From Isurus oxyrinchus (taxonomy: Eukaryota), in contig JANJGN010000385.1 of NCBI GenBank assembly GCA_026770705.1, positions 248,001-312,000 on the forward strand: 64,000 nucleotides of DNA, given 5' to 3'. The translations under genes and the position numbers were made by a program. Shown here piece after piece: positions 35,930 through 45,914 of this stretch; the first letter of the stretch is position 1, and every line of letters begins with the position of its first letter. The notes beneath the pieces are model-generated. The model was given only the letters and a program-made list of their open reading frames with translations. It was not told the DNA's origin and searched no databases.

Positions 35930-36068
35930 TGGAGTTAAAAGCAGAATACTGTGGATGCTGGAAATCTGAAACAAAAACAAAAATTGCTGGAAAGACTCAG
36001 CAGGTCTGACAGTATCAGTGGAGAGGAAGACAGGGTTAACGTTTTGAGTCCGTATGACTCTTCATCAG
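35930..36068 (-). mobile_element. Duplicated copy of the Penelope-like fragment at 27090
   Basis: Same sequence within the segmental duplication, with the hammerhead GAAA core mutated (gactcaaaac). Confidence 0.65.
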
Positions 36069-36542
36069 ACCAGAGGTTTGAGTTCACTGGCTTCTCATTT
36101 CCTCAGTGATCTGGGTGATTTATTACATTGTGTTTGTTGGATCTTGCTGTGCACAAACTGCCTGCTGTGTTTAACATCTGTGACTACAATTCAGGAATAA
36201 TTTCATTGGCTGTGAATGGATTTGGATCCTCCTGAGGTTGTAAATTGCGCTGCAGAAATGCACATCTTTCTTTTATCGATACGTCAGACTTTTAAACAGG
36301 ACAGGAGAGATTGATGGGAGTGGATAACCTGATAATACAGTTAATGCTTTTCATCATTGATATTGAAGTGAGCATTAGACGTTGCTTTCGGACTGAACTG
36401 GTAGCTATCACCAGGTTATTGAGAATCAGACAGTGTGTTATAATAAGCTGTGTTTTGTGTTAATATGTAAACGTCACACTTTGTGTTATTTCCCATTGAG
36501 TGTTGAATGTGAATTGTTGAGTAATTATAACACAGCACTTAC

Positions 36543-36910
36543 CAGAAACATGAAGCTGGGTTACAGGGTAATAGTTATGGCTCGACCATTGTCAAATTTT
36601 ATTCTGAAAAAATAAGGTCCTGCATCTTCCCATCTGATGTTGTTTATAATCAGGGAACAGTCGCCATCTTTCAGGTCTCCAGACAGCCGGGTCCGATGGT
36701 GGAACCATGGTAACTCGTGACTGTGATCCTTGGAGTGAAAGGCAATGGGAGCCCAGGGAATCTGATTCTCATTATTAAACCAGACTTCACCTCGCGGTTG
36801 ATTTTCCAAATGTGCTGGATAACTGTAATGACATGGAATCTGTACACACGAACCTTCCTGCGCTGTCACCTCTCGGGGACTGTCACCTTTCCACTCTTGT
36901 GACAGTCCAA
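36543..36910 (-). pseudogene. Siglec V-set exon V4 with a -1 frameshift near 36584
   Basis: ggctcgacc versus ggctcggacc in V3 and V6 gives DNGRAITITL* before the donor. Confidence 0.85.
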
Positions 36911-37770
36911 CTGGGGAGAGAAGTATCAATATTTAACTCTGGATGGTTTGTAGATCCACTAGACTCGATATCCACCCCCTCCATCACTGGGGCACAGTGG
37001 CTGCAGTGTGGACCATCTACAGGACACACAGGGATCTCCCCAGTGTTTCACAATGGATAGAAGAGAATCCTGGACACAGGAATGGACAAGTTCATTCTAC
37101 ATTGGCTCATGGTCCTCAGGACCCTGTTTAGTGAAGCCAGTCTTCCACCCAACACAGTGTCTACAAGACACACAGGGAAACTGTGTAAACATCTCATCTC
37201 TCTACACTGACTGGTTGAGCTTCGGTTTAACTTTCAGTTATTTTACTTCCTTATTGTGGTTGCTATGGTGAAACTGTGCAGGAAGTGCGAGGGCTGGACT
37301 CTCTGTCTATTCTGACTGCAGCTGTGATGTGGTCGTGGTGATTTTCAGTAAAATGAAACCCTCTGATCTCCTACATCCCGAGGTTTAGGGAGTGAATTCC
37401 AGAGCTCAGGCCCCAGGCAGCTGAAGGCCCGGCCGCCAGTATTGGAGTGATGGGAATCGGGGGATTGTCAAGAGGCCGGAATTGGAGTAACACAGAGATC
37501 TGGGACGTTGGTTGGGAGAGTTGCAGGAGGTTACAGAGATAAGGAGGCAGTGTGAGGCAATGGATGCATTTGAACAAAGAGATGTGAATTTTAAGTTTGA
37601 GATGTTGTAGGACCAGGAGTCAGATAGTTTAGGGTTGATAGGTGAATGGGACTTGGTGTGAGTTTGTACACTGGCTCACTGCTGAATCGGTTCCCAATCA
37701 CAGTTCAATAAGAATGATCTTTTACAAAGGCTATTAACCATAAATCTGACCGAGCTGTCGATGATATTAC

Positions 37771-37810
37771 CTTGGAGAAGTGACAGGAGGAAGTAAGATT
37801 TTCCAATCAT
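37771..37810 (-). CDS. Signal-peptide exon of gene C (MIGKSYFLLSLLQ)
   Basis: 40 nt, phase-1 donor. Confidence 0.8.
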
Positions 37811-38253
37811 TATCCACTCCCAGATATTTCATCAGCTTCTCACTCTGAAACTCTGAAAGGGAAAGGAGTTAATGAGACCTCACCTCTTGTCCACCAGCTC
37901 TCGAGAGATCATAAATGCTCTTAGACAATGTCTTCACAGAATAATTTGATTCTCTGTGGGATGATAGGTGTTCTGCAGAGAGTTACAAGGCTTTAAGAAT
38001 GAAAAACAACAAAGGACTTGCATTTCTATAGCACCATTCACCACATCAGGGCATCCCAAAGTATCTACAGTTCCCTCATCCCTTGAGCTAGAAAGATTTT
38101 CTGTACAACAGACTTGAGCCTCACACCCAGATCTCAATAATCATAGAAATCTTTCAAAGGCATCAATCATTGGAATCTGTCTTTATAAAGTCACAACATC
38201 AACAAAGGACGGTGTTGGTCGTGGAAGTGAATTCCAATCGTTCCGTTACTTAC

Positions 38254-38395
38254 CCAGGACCTGTCTGACTGCTCGCCTGGGGAGGAACTGCCCACACGCT
38301 CTGCTTGGGCTGAATGACCTCTTCCTGTGCTGCTCCCTCTGTGTATTTAATGAGAAAGGGTTGATGTGTCTCTGTGAGACAAAATGAGGAAGTTG
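38254..38395 (-). promoter_or_regulatory. Putative first exon and PU.1-site promoter of gene C
   Basis: aaaatgaggaagt at 38381-38393, paralogous to 29416-29560. Confidence 0.55.
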
Positions 38396-38629
38396 GATCA
38401 AAGTGACAGAGCAGCTCATGTTTTGAGATGTTGGTGAACTGTTAACGCTTTGTGTCCTGACCCTGTGGTGATATTTCTGCTCACTGATGGACAGTCATTA
38501 ACCAGGAGTTTCTCCTGTGGGTCAGTGGGTTTCACACCCGAACTCAGGGAGTCAGTATGTTGTAGAATTTTCTGGGGTTCAAGACCCCATTCAGGAGATG
38601 CCTGCCCCACAGAGTAGACTGAAATTCCC

Positions 38630-39170
38630 CAGTGTCAGTACTGAGGGAGTGCTGCACTGTCAGAGGGTCAGGACTGAACGAGTGCTGCACTGTCAGAGGG
38701 TCAGTACTGAGGGAGTGCTACACTGTCAGAGGGACAGTACTGAGGGAGTGCTGCACTGTCGGAGGGTCAGTACTGAGGGAGTGCTACACTGTCAGAGGGA
38801 CAGTACTGAGGGAGTGCTGCACTTTCGGAGGATCAGTACTGAGGGAGTGCTACACTGTCAGAGGGTCAGTATTGAGGGGGTGCTGCGCTCTCGGAAGGTC
38901 AGTACTGAGGGAGTGCTACACTGTTAGAGGGACAGTATTGAGGGAGTGCTAATCTGTCGGAGAGACAGTTTTGAGGGAGTGTTGCACTGTCAGAGGGACA
39001 GTACTGAGGAATTGTTGCACTGTTGGAGGGTCAGTACTGATGGAGTGCTGCACTGTCGGTGGGTCAGTCCTGAGGGTGTGCCGCACTGTCGGAGGGTCAG
39101 TACTGACGGAGTGTTGTACTGTTGGAGGGTCAGTACTGAGAGAGCGCTGCACTGTCAGGGGGTGAGTACA
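38630..39170 (+). repeat. 33-bp minisatellite array
   Basis: Tandem units between the C2 exon of gene D and the promoter of gene C. Confidence 0.95.
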
Positions 39171-39380
39171 TTGCGATTCCTGCTCTGCTCTATCAGCCCC
39201 TTGGCTGGACATAAAAGCCCCTATGTTAATGTTCAGAAACTGTTATTAATTGTATTCTGGCCACCATTTTCTTTAAAAAACAGATTATCTGATTGTCATC
39301 AGAATACCTTTCTATGGGATCCGGCTGTGCGTCATCTAGACTGTTCCAGCGAATGTATAATGAAGGGTGTCCGTTCTTAC

Positions 39381-39677
39381 CTTGCACAGTTAGTACGAGG
39401 GTCCGCTCCGATGAAACAGATGGATATCTCACTCTGCAGCTGAGAGTGTGTCCGTGGTGTTTGAGTGATGGGATCAGGGTCAGAACAGAAGTATAGGTCA
39501 GAGTGACACCATGCTGAGTTACAGTGTTTGAGACTGATCCAGGTACGTCAGTGGGAGTGTCCCAGGTTAAGACAGGTGCTGCTGTTCCATTGCACGTTGT
39601 GTTGAAGGTGCAGCTTACATCCACACGCTTTCCTGCAATAATTTCAGCAGGGAATATCGTGGGTTTATCTGTGAAAT
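39381..39677 (-). pseudogene. C2-set exon, copy 4 (open, but inside pseudogene D)
   Basis: 297 nt, protein identical to copy 1. Confidence 0.8.
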
Positions 39678-39920
39678 CTAACAGACAGAGAATGGATCCT
39701 TTTAGAGAAATATAACGTGAAGCATCAGTTCAAATAGAAATCACAGCCTTAAGATTAGAGATAGATGGGAGTGGATGACCTGATAACATTGATGGACACA
39801 TTCAATACATTTAATCATTGATATTAAAGTGAGTATTAGAGGTTGCTTTTGGACTGAATGGAAGCTATCACCAGGTTATTGAGAATCAGACTCTGCGTTA
39901 TAGTAAACTGTGTTTTATGT

Positions 39921-40644
39921 TGTGATGAAACTATGATATTTTTCAGAATAATATTGTCGGCTTATGGGAATGAATGTGGATGGTTCCGTCTGTGGGTCTG
40001 ATTTAATTGAATTTGAGTCAGATCAACTATGAGGTTAAAATTATCAATAGAGTTTGGTGCAAAGCAGACTTCTGAAATGGGGATGGACAAGCTAGGATGA
40101 GGGTTCCACAGAAAAGCTGTAAATGAAATTTTAGATCAGTAAAGAGAATGTTTGATTGTCAAAGGGTAGTTGGGTGTTTATAATTAACAAGATAACCAGG
40201 GCAAGGTTATTATGTGTATTCTTCCCAAAAGGAATGGGCCATATTGACAACACGAAAGATTTTTATATTTTGGGAAAAGTGTATTTCCCAAGAAAGGTGC
40301 AACAATGGGATTTTATACATTGGAGAGAGAGAAACCAACATAAAGAAGGATGGAATGTTATGTGGGAGGGGGACATGAATTTCTTGAAAGGTACAGTAGG
40401 TGAAGCAGCCTTGGGTAAAACGTTTCTGTTCACTTTTGCTGCTCCAGTACTTAAAGGTGTGTTAAAAGACTTTGGAATTACACTGTCAAGTGGGTGCTGC
40501 AGTAACCTTGCCGGATTCCCATTTCCATTTAAGATTTATTGGGATTGTTGCCTTCAAGGGGGTGTGTAGTTGGAAATTATGCTTGGCCAAGTTCCCTTTG
40601 TGGATTCTCTCCACTTGGCACACATCACCTGCCATGTCATAACA
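39921..40644. mobile_element. Solo LTR-like insertion
   Basis: tgtgatgaaa...gtcataaca with a 4-bp atgt/gtgt duplication. It is absent at the paralogous sites (about 11378 and 52391), and its ends resemble 57753-58678. Confidence 0.75.
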
Positions 40645-40730
40645 GTGTTATTATGTAAACGTCAGAGTTTGTGTTCATTCCCATTGAGTGTTGAATGTGA
40701 ATTGTTGAGTAATTATAACACAGCACTTAC

Positions 40731-41096
40731 CAGAAACGTGAAGCTGGGTTACAGGGTAATAGTTATGGCTCGGACCATTGTCAAATTTTATGCTGAAAAA
40801 ATGAGGTCCTGCATCTTCCCGTCTGATGTTGTTTATAATCAGGGAACAGTCACCATCTTTCAGGTCTCCAGACAGCCGGGTCCGATGTTGGAACAGTGGT
40901 AACTCGCGATTATTATCCTTGGAGTGAAAGGCTATAAAGAATCTTATCAAGACTTTGTCATTAAATCAAATTCCAATTTGCAGTTGGTTTTCCAGACACG
41001 ATGGGTAGCTGTAATGACATGGAATCTGTACACACGAATATTCCTGCGCTATCACCTCTCGTGGAGTGTCACCTTTCCACTCTTGTGACAGTCCAA
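40731..41096 (-). pseudogene. Siglec V-set exon V5 (nonsense at the C-strand Trp, HFFSIK lacks the Arg)
   Basis: Stop codon at 40968-40966; splice sites intact. Confidence 0.9.
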
Positions 41097-41659
41097 CTGG
41101 GGAGAGAAATATCAATATTTAACTCTGGATGTTTTGTAGCTTCACTAGACTCGATATCCACCCCTTCCATCACTGGGGCACAGTGGCTGCAGTGTGGACC
41201 ATCTACAGGACACACAAGGAACTCCCCAAGTTTTCACAATGGATGGAAGAGAATCCTGGACACAGGAGTGGACAACTTCATTCTACATTGGCTCATGGTC
41301 CTCAGGACCCTGTTTAGTGAAGCCAGTCTTCCACCCAACACAGTGTCTACAAGATACACAGGGAAACTGTGTAAATATCTCATCTCTCTACACTGACGGT
41401 TTGCCTTTCAGTTAATTCATTTCATTATGGTGAAACTGTGCAAGAAGTGTGAGGGCTGGACCCTCTGTCTATTCTGAATGCTGCTGTGATGTAATCATGG
41501 CCTCTCAGGGAATGGACTATTGGAGTTTATTCATCCCTGAATTTTGATTTTGAATTCCAGAGCTCGGGGCCCAGGCAGCTGAAGGCACGGCCGCCAATAA
41601 TGGAATGATGGGAATCGGGGGATGGTCAAGATGCTGGAATTGGAGGAGTGCAGAGATCT

Positions 41660-41965
41660 CGGAGGGTTGTAGGTACTGGAGGAGATTACAGAAATAGGGA
41701 GGGTTGTAATGGTGGACGAGGTTACAGAGAAAGGGAGGTTTGTAGGGGCTGGAGAAATTAACAGAGATAGCGAAGGATATAGGGGCTGGAGTTGGTTATA
41801 GAGTTAGGGAGAGTGGTAGGGGCTGGAGGAGGTTACTGAGATAGGGAGGATTGTAGGAGCAGGGCGAGGTTACAGAGGTAGGGAGTAATATATGTGCTGG
41901 AAGATGTTACAGAGATAGGGAGGTTGGTATGGGCTGGAGGAGGTAACATGGATAGGGAGAGTTGC
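41660..41965 (+). repeat. 37-bp minisatellite, L2-tail derived
   Basis: Same unit as 13570-14310. Confidence 0.85.
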
Positions 41966-42343
41966 AAAATTTTGGAGGGATTTCTACAGGATGACCTGGA
42001 TTTTAATTTTCTGTTGCTGTCAGACAGGGAGTCAGTGTATATCAGTGATCACAGGGGTGATGGGTGAATGGGACTTGGTGTGAGTTTGTACACTGGCTCA
42101 CTGCTGAATCGGTTCCCAATCACAGCTCAATAAGAATAATCTTTTACAAAGACTATTAACCATAAATCTGTCCGAGCTGACGATGATATTACCTTGGAGA
42201 AGTGACAGGAGGAAGTAAGATCATTGTCCACTCGCAGATATTTCATCAGCTTCTCACTCTCAAGCTGTGAAAAAGAAAGGAGTTAATGAGACCTCACCTC
42301 TTGTCCGACAGCTCTCCAGAGATCAGAACTGCTTTTAGACAAT

Positions 42344-42980
42344 GGGCAGAGTTTCGCTGTCGGTGAGCAGGAGACAGGCGTGCAGTGAAATCAGCTGAGG
42401 GCCCGCCGACCTGTCAATGGCCATTTGAAGCCATTGACAGGAACATTTAAACAATGAACCGACCTGCCGGTCTAACCTTAAGGCTGGTGGGCAGGGCAGG
42501 AGCTCCAGCGACAACTAGAGAAAACATGAAACCTCATCCACCGGCGGGACGAGGACTCATGTCGGTTTTAAAAGAGTTTATTCAAGTTTTGGTGCAGTTT
42601 ATTAACATGTCCCATCTAGCGTGACATTGTCACGTGAGGGGGACATGTTGAGGATTTTTTTATTTTTCTATTTTGATTGTTTGAAAACCTTTCAGCGATC
42701 TCCCTGAGGCAGCACTTAGCCTCAGGGTGATGTGGGCTTTATCATGCGCATGTGTGACAGAGCGCACTCACGCATTTGGGGAATGTCCCCACCCCCACCC
42801 CCCACCCCCGGCCCACACAGGAAGGGCATAGCCCTTCCCGCCGGACATCATGCTGGGTGGGCCTTAATTGGCACGCCCACTTAAAATGGCGGCGGGTCCC
42901 GCTTCTCCGGTGGGGATTGGCTCCCCGCCCGCTGGAGATTGGGTCAGGCCCACCCGCTCGACAGGCTGGAAATTCAGCCC
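42344..42980. mobile_element. Non-autonomous DNA transposon (MITE) with a 3-bp AAT target duplication
   Basis: aat|gggcagagtttc...gaaattcagccc|aat interrupts gacaatgtcttc, which is intact in the other copies. A 3-bp TSD suggests the Harbinger class. Confidence 0.8.
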
Positions 42981-43314
42981 AATGTCTTCACAGACTAATT
43001 TGATTCTCTGTGGGATGATAGTTGCTTTGCAGAGAGTTACAAGGCTTTAAGAAAGAAAAACAATGAAAGACTTGCATTTCTATAGCACCTTTCACCACCT
43101 CAGGACGCCCCCAAGCTCATGTCTCTGCACTTCCCTCATCCCTTGAGCTAGAAAGATTTTCTGTACAACAGACTTGAGCCTCACACCCTGATCTCAATAA
43201 TCAGTAGAAATCTTTCAAAGGCATCAATCATTGGAATCTGTCTTTATTAAGTCACAACATCAACAAAGGACGGTGTTGGTGGTGGAAGTGAATTCCAATC
43301 GTTCCGTTACTTAC

Positions 43315-43455
43315 CCAGTACCTGTCCGACTGCTCGCCTGGGGAGGAACTGCCCACACGCTCTGCTTGGGCTGAATGACCTCTTCCTGTGCTGCCCCCTC
43401 TGTGTATTTAATGAGAAAGGGTTGATGTGTCTCTGTGAGACAAAATGAGGAAGTA
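43315..43455 (-). promoter_or_regulatory. Putative first exon and PU.1-site promoter of gene D
   Basis: aaaatgaggaagt at 43442-43454 and a conserved donor at 43314. Confidence 0.5.
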
Positions 43456-43644
43456 GTAAAGGAGTGAGTAAACAGGCATTAGGAATGAGTGCGTAATTTC
43501 ACAATGCGTTACAACAGAATCAAACTGTTGGCAATTCATCATGACTCTGTGATCTTTCTGTTTGCTGTTTGTTAACTTCAAATTTCTACCATGGCTCTGA
43601 GGGTTTATATTTAAAAATGCTGTTGGAGGAGAAATACTAAGCAT

Positions 43645-44350
43645 GTTCTGCACTGTCGGAGGGTCAGTATTGTTGGAGTGCTACCCTGTCAGAGGGTCAG
43701 TACTGAGGGAGTGCTGCACTGTTGGCGCGTCAGTATTGAGGTGTGCTGCACTGATGGAGGATAAGCAGCGAGGGAGTGCTGCTCTGTTTGAGGGACAGCT
43801 GTGAGGGAGTTCTGCACTGTCAGAGTGTTGGCACTGAGGGAGTGCTGCACTGTCGGCCGGTCAGAACTGAGGGAGTGCTGCACTGTTGGAGGGTCTAAAC
43901 TGAGAGAGTGCTGCACCCGTTGGAGGGTCTGAACTGAGGGAGTGCTGCACTGCTGGAGGGTCTAAACTGAGGGAGTGCTGCAGTGTCGGAAGGTCTGAAC
44001 TGAGGGAGTGCTGCACTGTTGGAAGGTATAAACTGAGGGATTGCTGCACTGTAGGAGGGTCTAAACTGACGGAGTGCTGCACTGTCGGAAGGTCTGAACT
44101 GAGGGAGTGCTGCACTGCTGGAGGGTCTGAACTGAGGGAGTGCTGCACTGTTGGAGAGTCTGAACTGAGGGAGTGCTGCACTGTTGGAGGGTCTGAACTG
44201 AGGGAGTGCTGCACTGTTGGAGGGTCTAAACTGAGGGAGTGCTGCACTGTTGGAGGGTCTGAACTGAGGGAATGCTGCACTGCTGGAGGGTCTAAACTGA
44301 GGGAGTGCTGCACTGTTGGGGGGTCTGAACAGAGGGAGGGCTGCACTGTC
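43645..44350 (+). repeat. 33-bp minisatellite array
   Basis: Tandem units, tctgaact/tctaaact variant. Confidence 0.95.
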
Positions 44351-44692
44351 TAAAATACATTGCACAAATTGCACAAAATTGCATCTGATGTCAGTGTCTG
44401 ATGCACACATGACGTTCATGCATTTATCAGGAATATTTCTCTCTCTTTCTGAGCAGCAAGACAGCTTTGATATCACACCACCTACTGGCAATTGTGTGCA
44501 GCTGCAATGTGACGTGTTTACATTGAAAATTTCCATTATAAAGATGGGCACAGGAATTCATCTGACTGGAAAAAGTGACAACATGAAGTAATGTCTTTGA
44601 GCCAAGAATCTGGCAGCAAAATAAGAATTTTAATCTATAAATATTTACAGAACAGGCTGAGCATTTTAATCACTTGTGTTAATCAATGTAAT

Positions 44693-44698
44693 TTTATT
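44693..44698 (-). terminator. Candidate polyadenylation signal of gene E
   Basis: AATAAA on the minus strand, conserved in all three 3' ends. Confidence 0.55.
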
Positions 44699-45059
44699 CA
44701 TAACCCAAATGCTTCTTACAATCTATCGCAGCATGAAAAAGGTGCAGCATTCAGAAAGCACATTCCAATCAGAGAACAGAGTTTAGCAACGTCACATTTC
44801 TGTTCATTCCTATTCGACCATGTTGGCTGCACACAGCCAGACAATGCCGTGGTTATGATGTGTCCACACAGCAGGACTGGGGAGCACCAGGTATAAGGAA
44901 AAGTTTCAGCTTGCTGAGGAGAAGAAGGAGAATCTCTCGTTGCAGGTTTCTCTCCGTACATTAAGAAGCAGGCATGCCGATGTTTCATTGCACTCTGTCT
45001 GCTGATGGGAGTCCGCTTGGAAATTGCTGTTTGTGCTGATGGAAAGAATAAGCTTTTCA

Positions 45060-45660
45060 TAAATCGAGGGATTGAATACAAACACAGGGAGGTTATGCTG
45101 AACATTTATAAAGCTCTGGTTAGGTCACAACTAGAGTATTGTGTCCAGTTCTGGTCTCCCCACTTTGGGAAGGAAGTGAGGGTCCTTGAGAGGGTGGGGA
45201 GGAGATTGAGCAGAATGGGTCCAGGGATGAGGGATTTTAGCTACAAGGTTGGGTTGGAGAAGCTGGGGTTGTTCTCCTTGGAGCAAAGGAGATTGAGGGG
45301 GGATCTGATCGAGGTGTACAAGATGATGATGGGTTTAGATAATGTAGACAAAGACAAGCTGTTGCCATTAGCTGATGGTACAAGGACTGGGGGACACAGA
45401 TTGAAGGTTTTGGGCAGAGGGGGATGTGAGGACGAACTTTTTTACACAGCAAGTGGTAATGAGCTGGAATTCGCTGCCTACGAGGATGGTGGAAGTGGAG
45501 ACGATGAACGATTTCAAAAGGAAATTGGATGGACACTTGAGGGGAAATAAACTCACAGGGATACAGGGATAGAGCGGGGGAATGGGACTGACTGGATTGC
45601 TCTACAGAGAGACAGCATGGACTCAATGGGCTCAATGGGCTCCCACTGTGCTGGAATGCC
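45060..45660 (+). mobile_element. CR1 LINE 3' fragment lying antisense in the 3' UTR of gene E
   Basis: Paralog of 32480-33070. Confidence 0.9.
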
Positions 45661-45774
45661 TCTCTGATACGAAGGTGATTCTTACCAGGACACTGACCAG
45701 TTTCTTTACAATTTAACCCAACATCACACGTTATTTGTCCGCACTGACTGACCAGATTGTTGCTGTACAAAGCT

Positions 45775-45914
45775 TCAAACAGTCTGTCGACTTCCTTTCA
45801 CTGTTTGTCTCTCCCAGACACAGACTCCAGCGATAGTGATAACCACAGCCACAAGGAATATCACAGCTCGTATTCCCAGGATCAGGATCACGTGCAGAAT
45901 CTCTCCTCCACTGT
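45775..45914 (-). CDS. TM/cytoplasmic exon TM3: (Y)SGGEILHVILILGIRAVIFLVAVVITIAGVCVWERQTVKGSRQTV*
   Basis: 140 nt, phase-1 acceptor, stop TGA. Confidence 0.87.

Larger units (their letters stand above)
33103..37810 (-). pseudogene. Siglec-like gene C (SP-V4-C2-TM), frameshifted in V4
   Basis: SP 37810-37771, V4 36910-36543 (368 nt), C2 35684-35388, TM 33242-33103. The 1-bp deletion could be a sequencing error. Confidence 0.7.
39381..42224 (-). pseudogene. Siglec-like pseudogene D (SP-V5-C2, no third Ig or TM exon)
   Basis: 8-bp deletion in the SP exon (42224-42193), TGG>TGA in V5, essential Arg replaced by Ser, and a 3' truncation. Confidence 0.88.
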
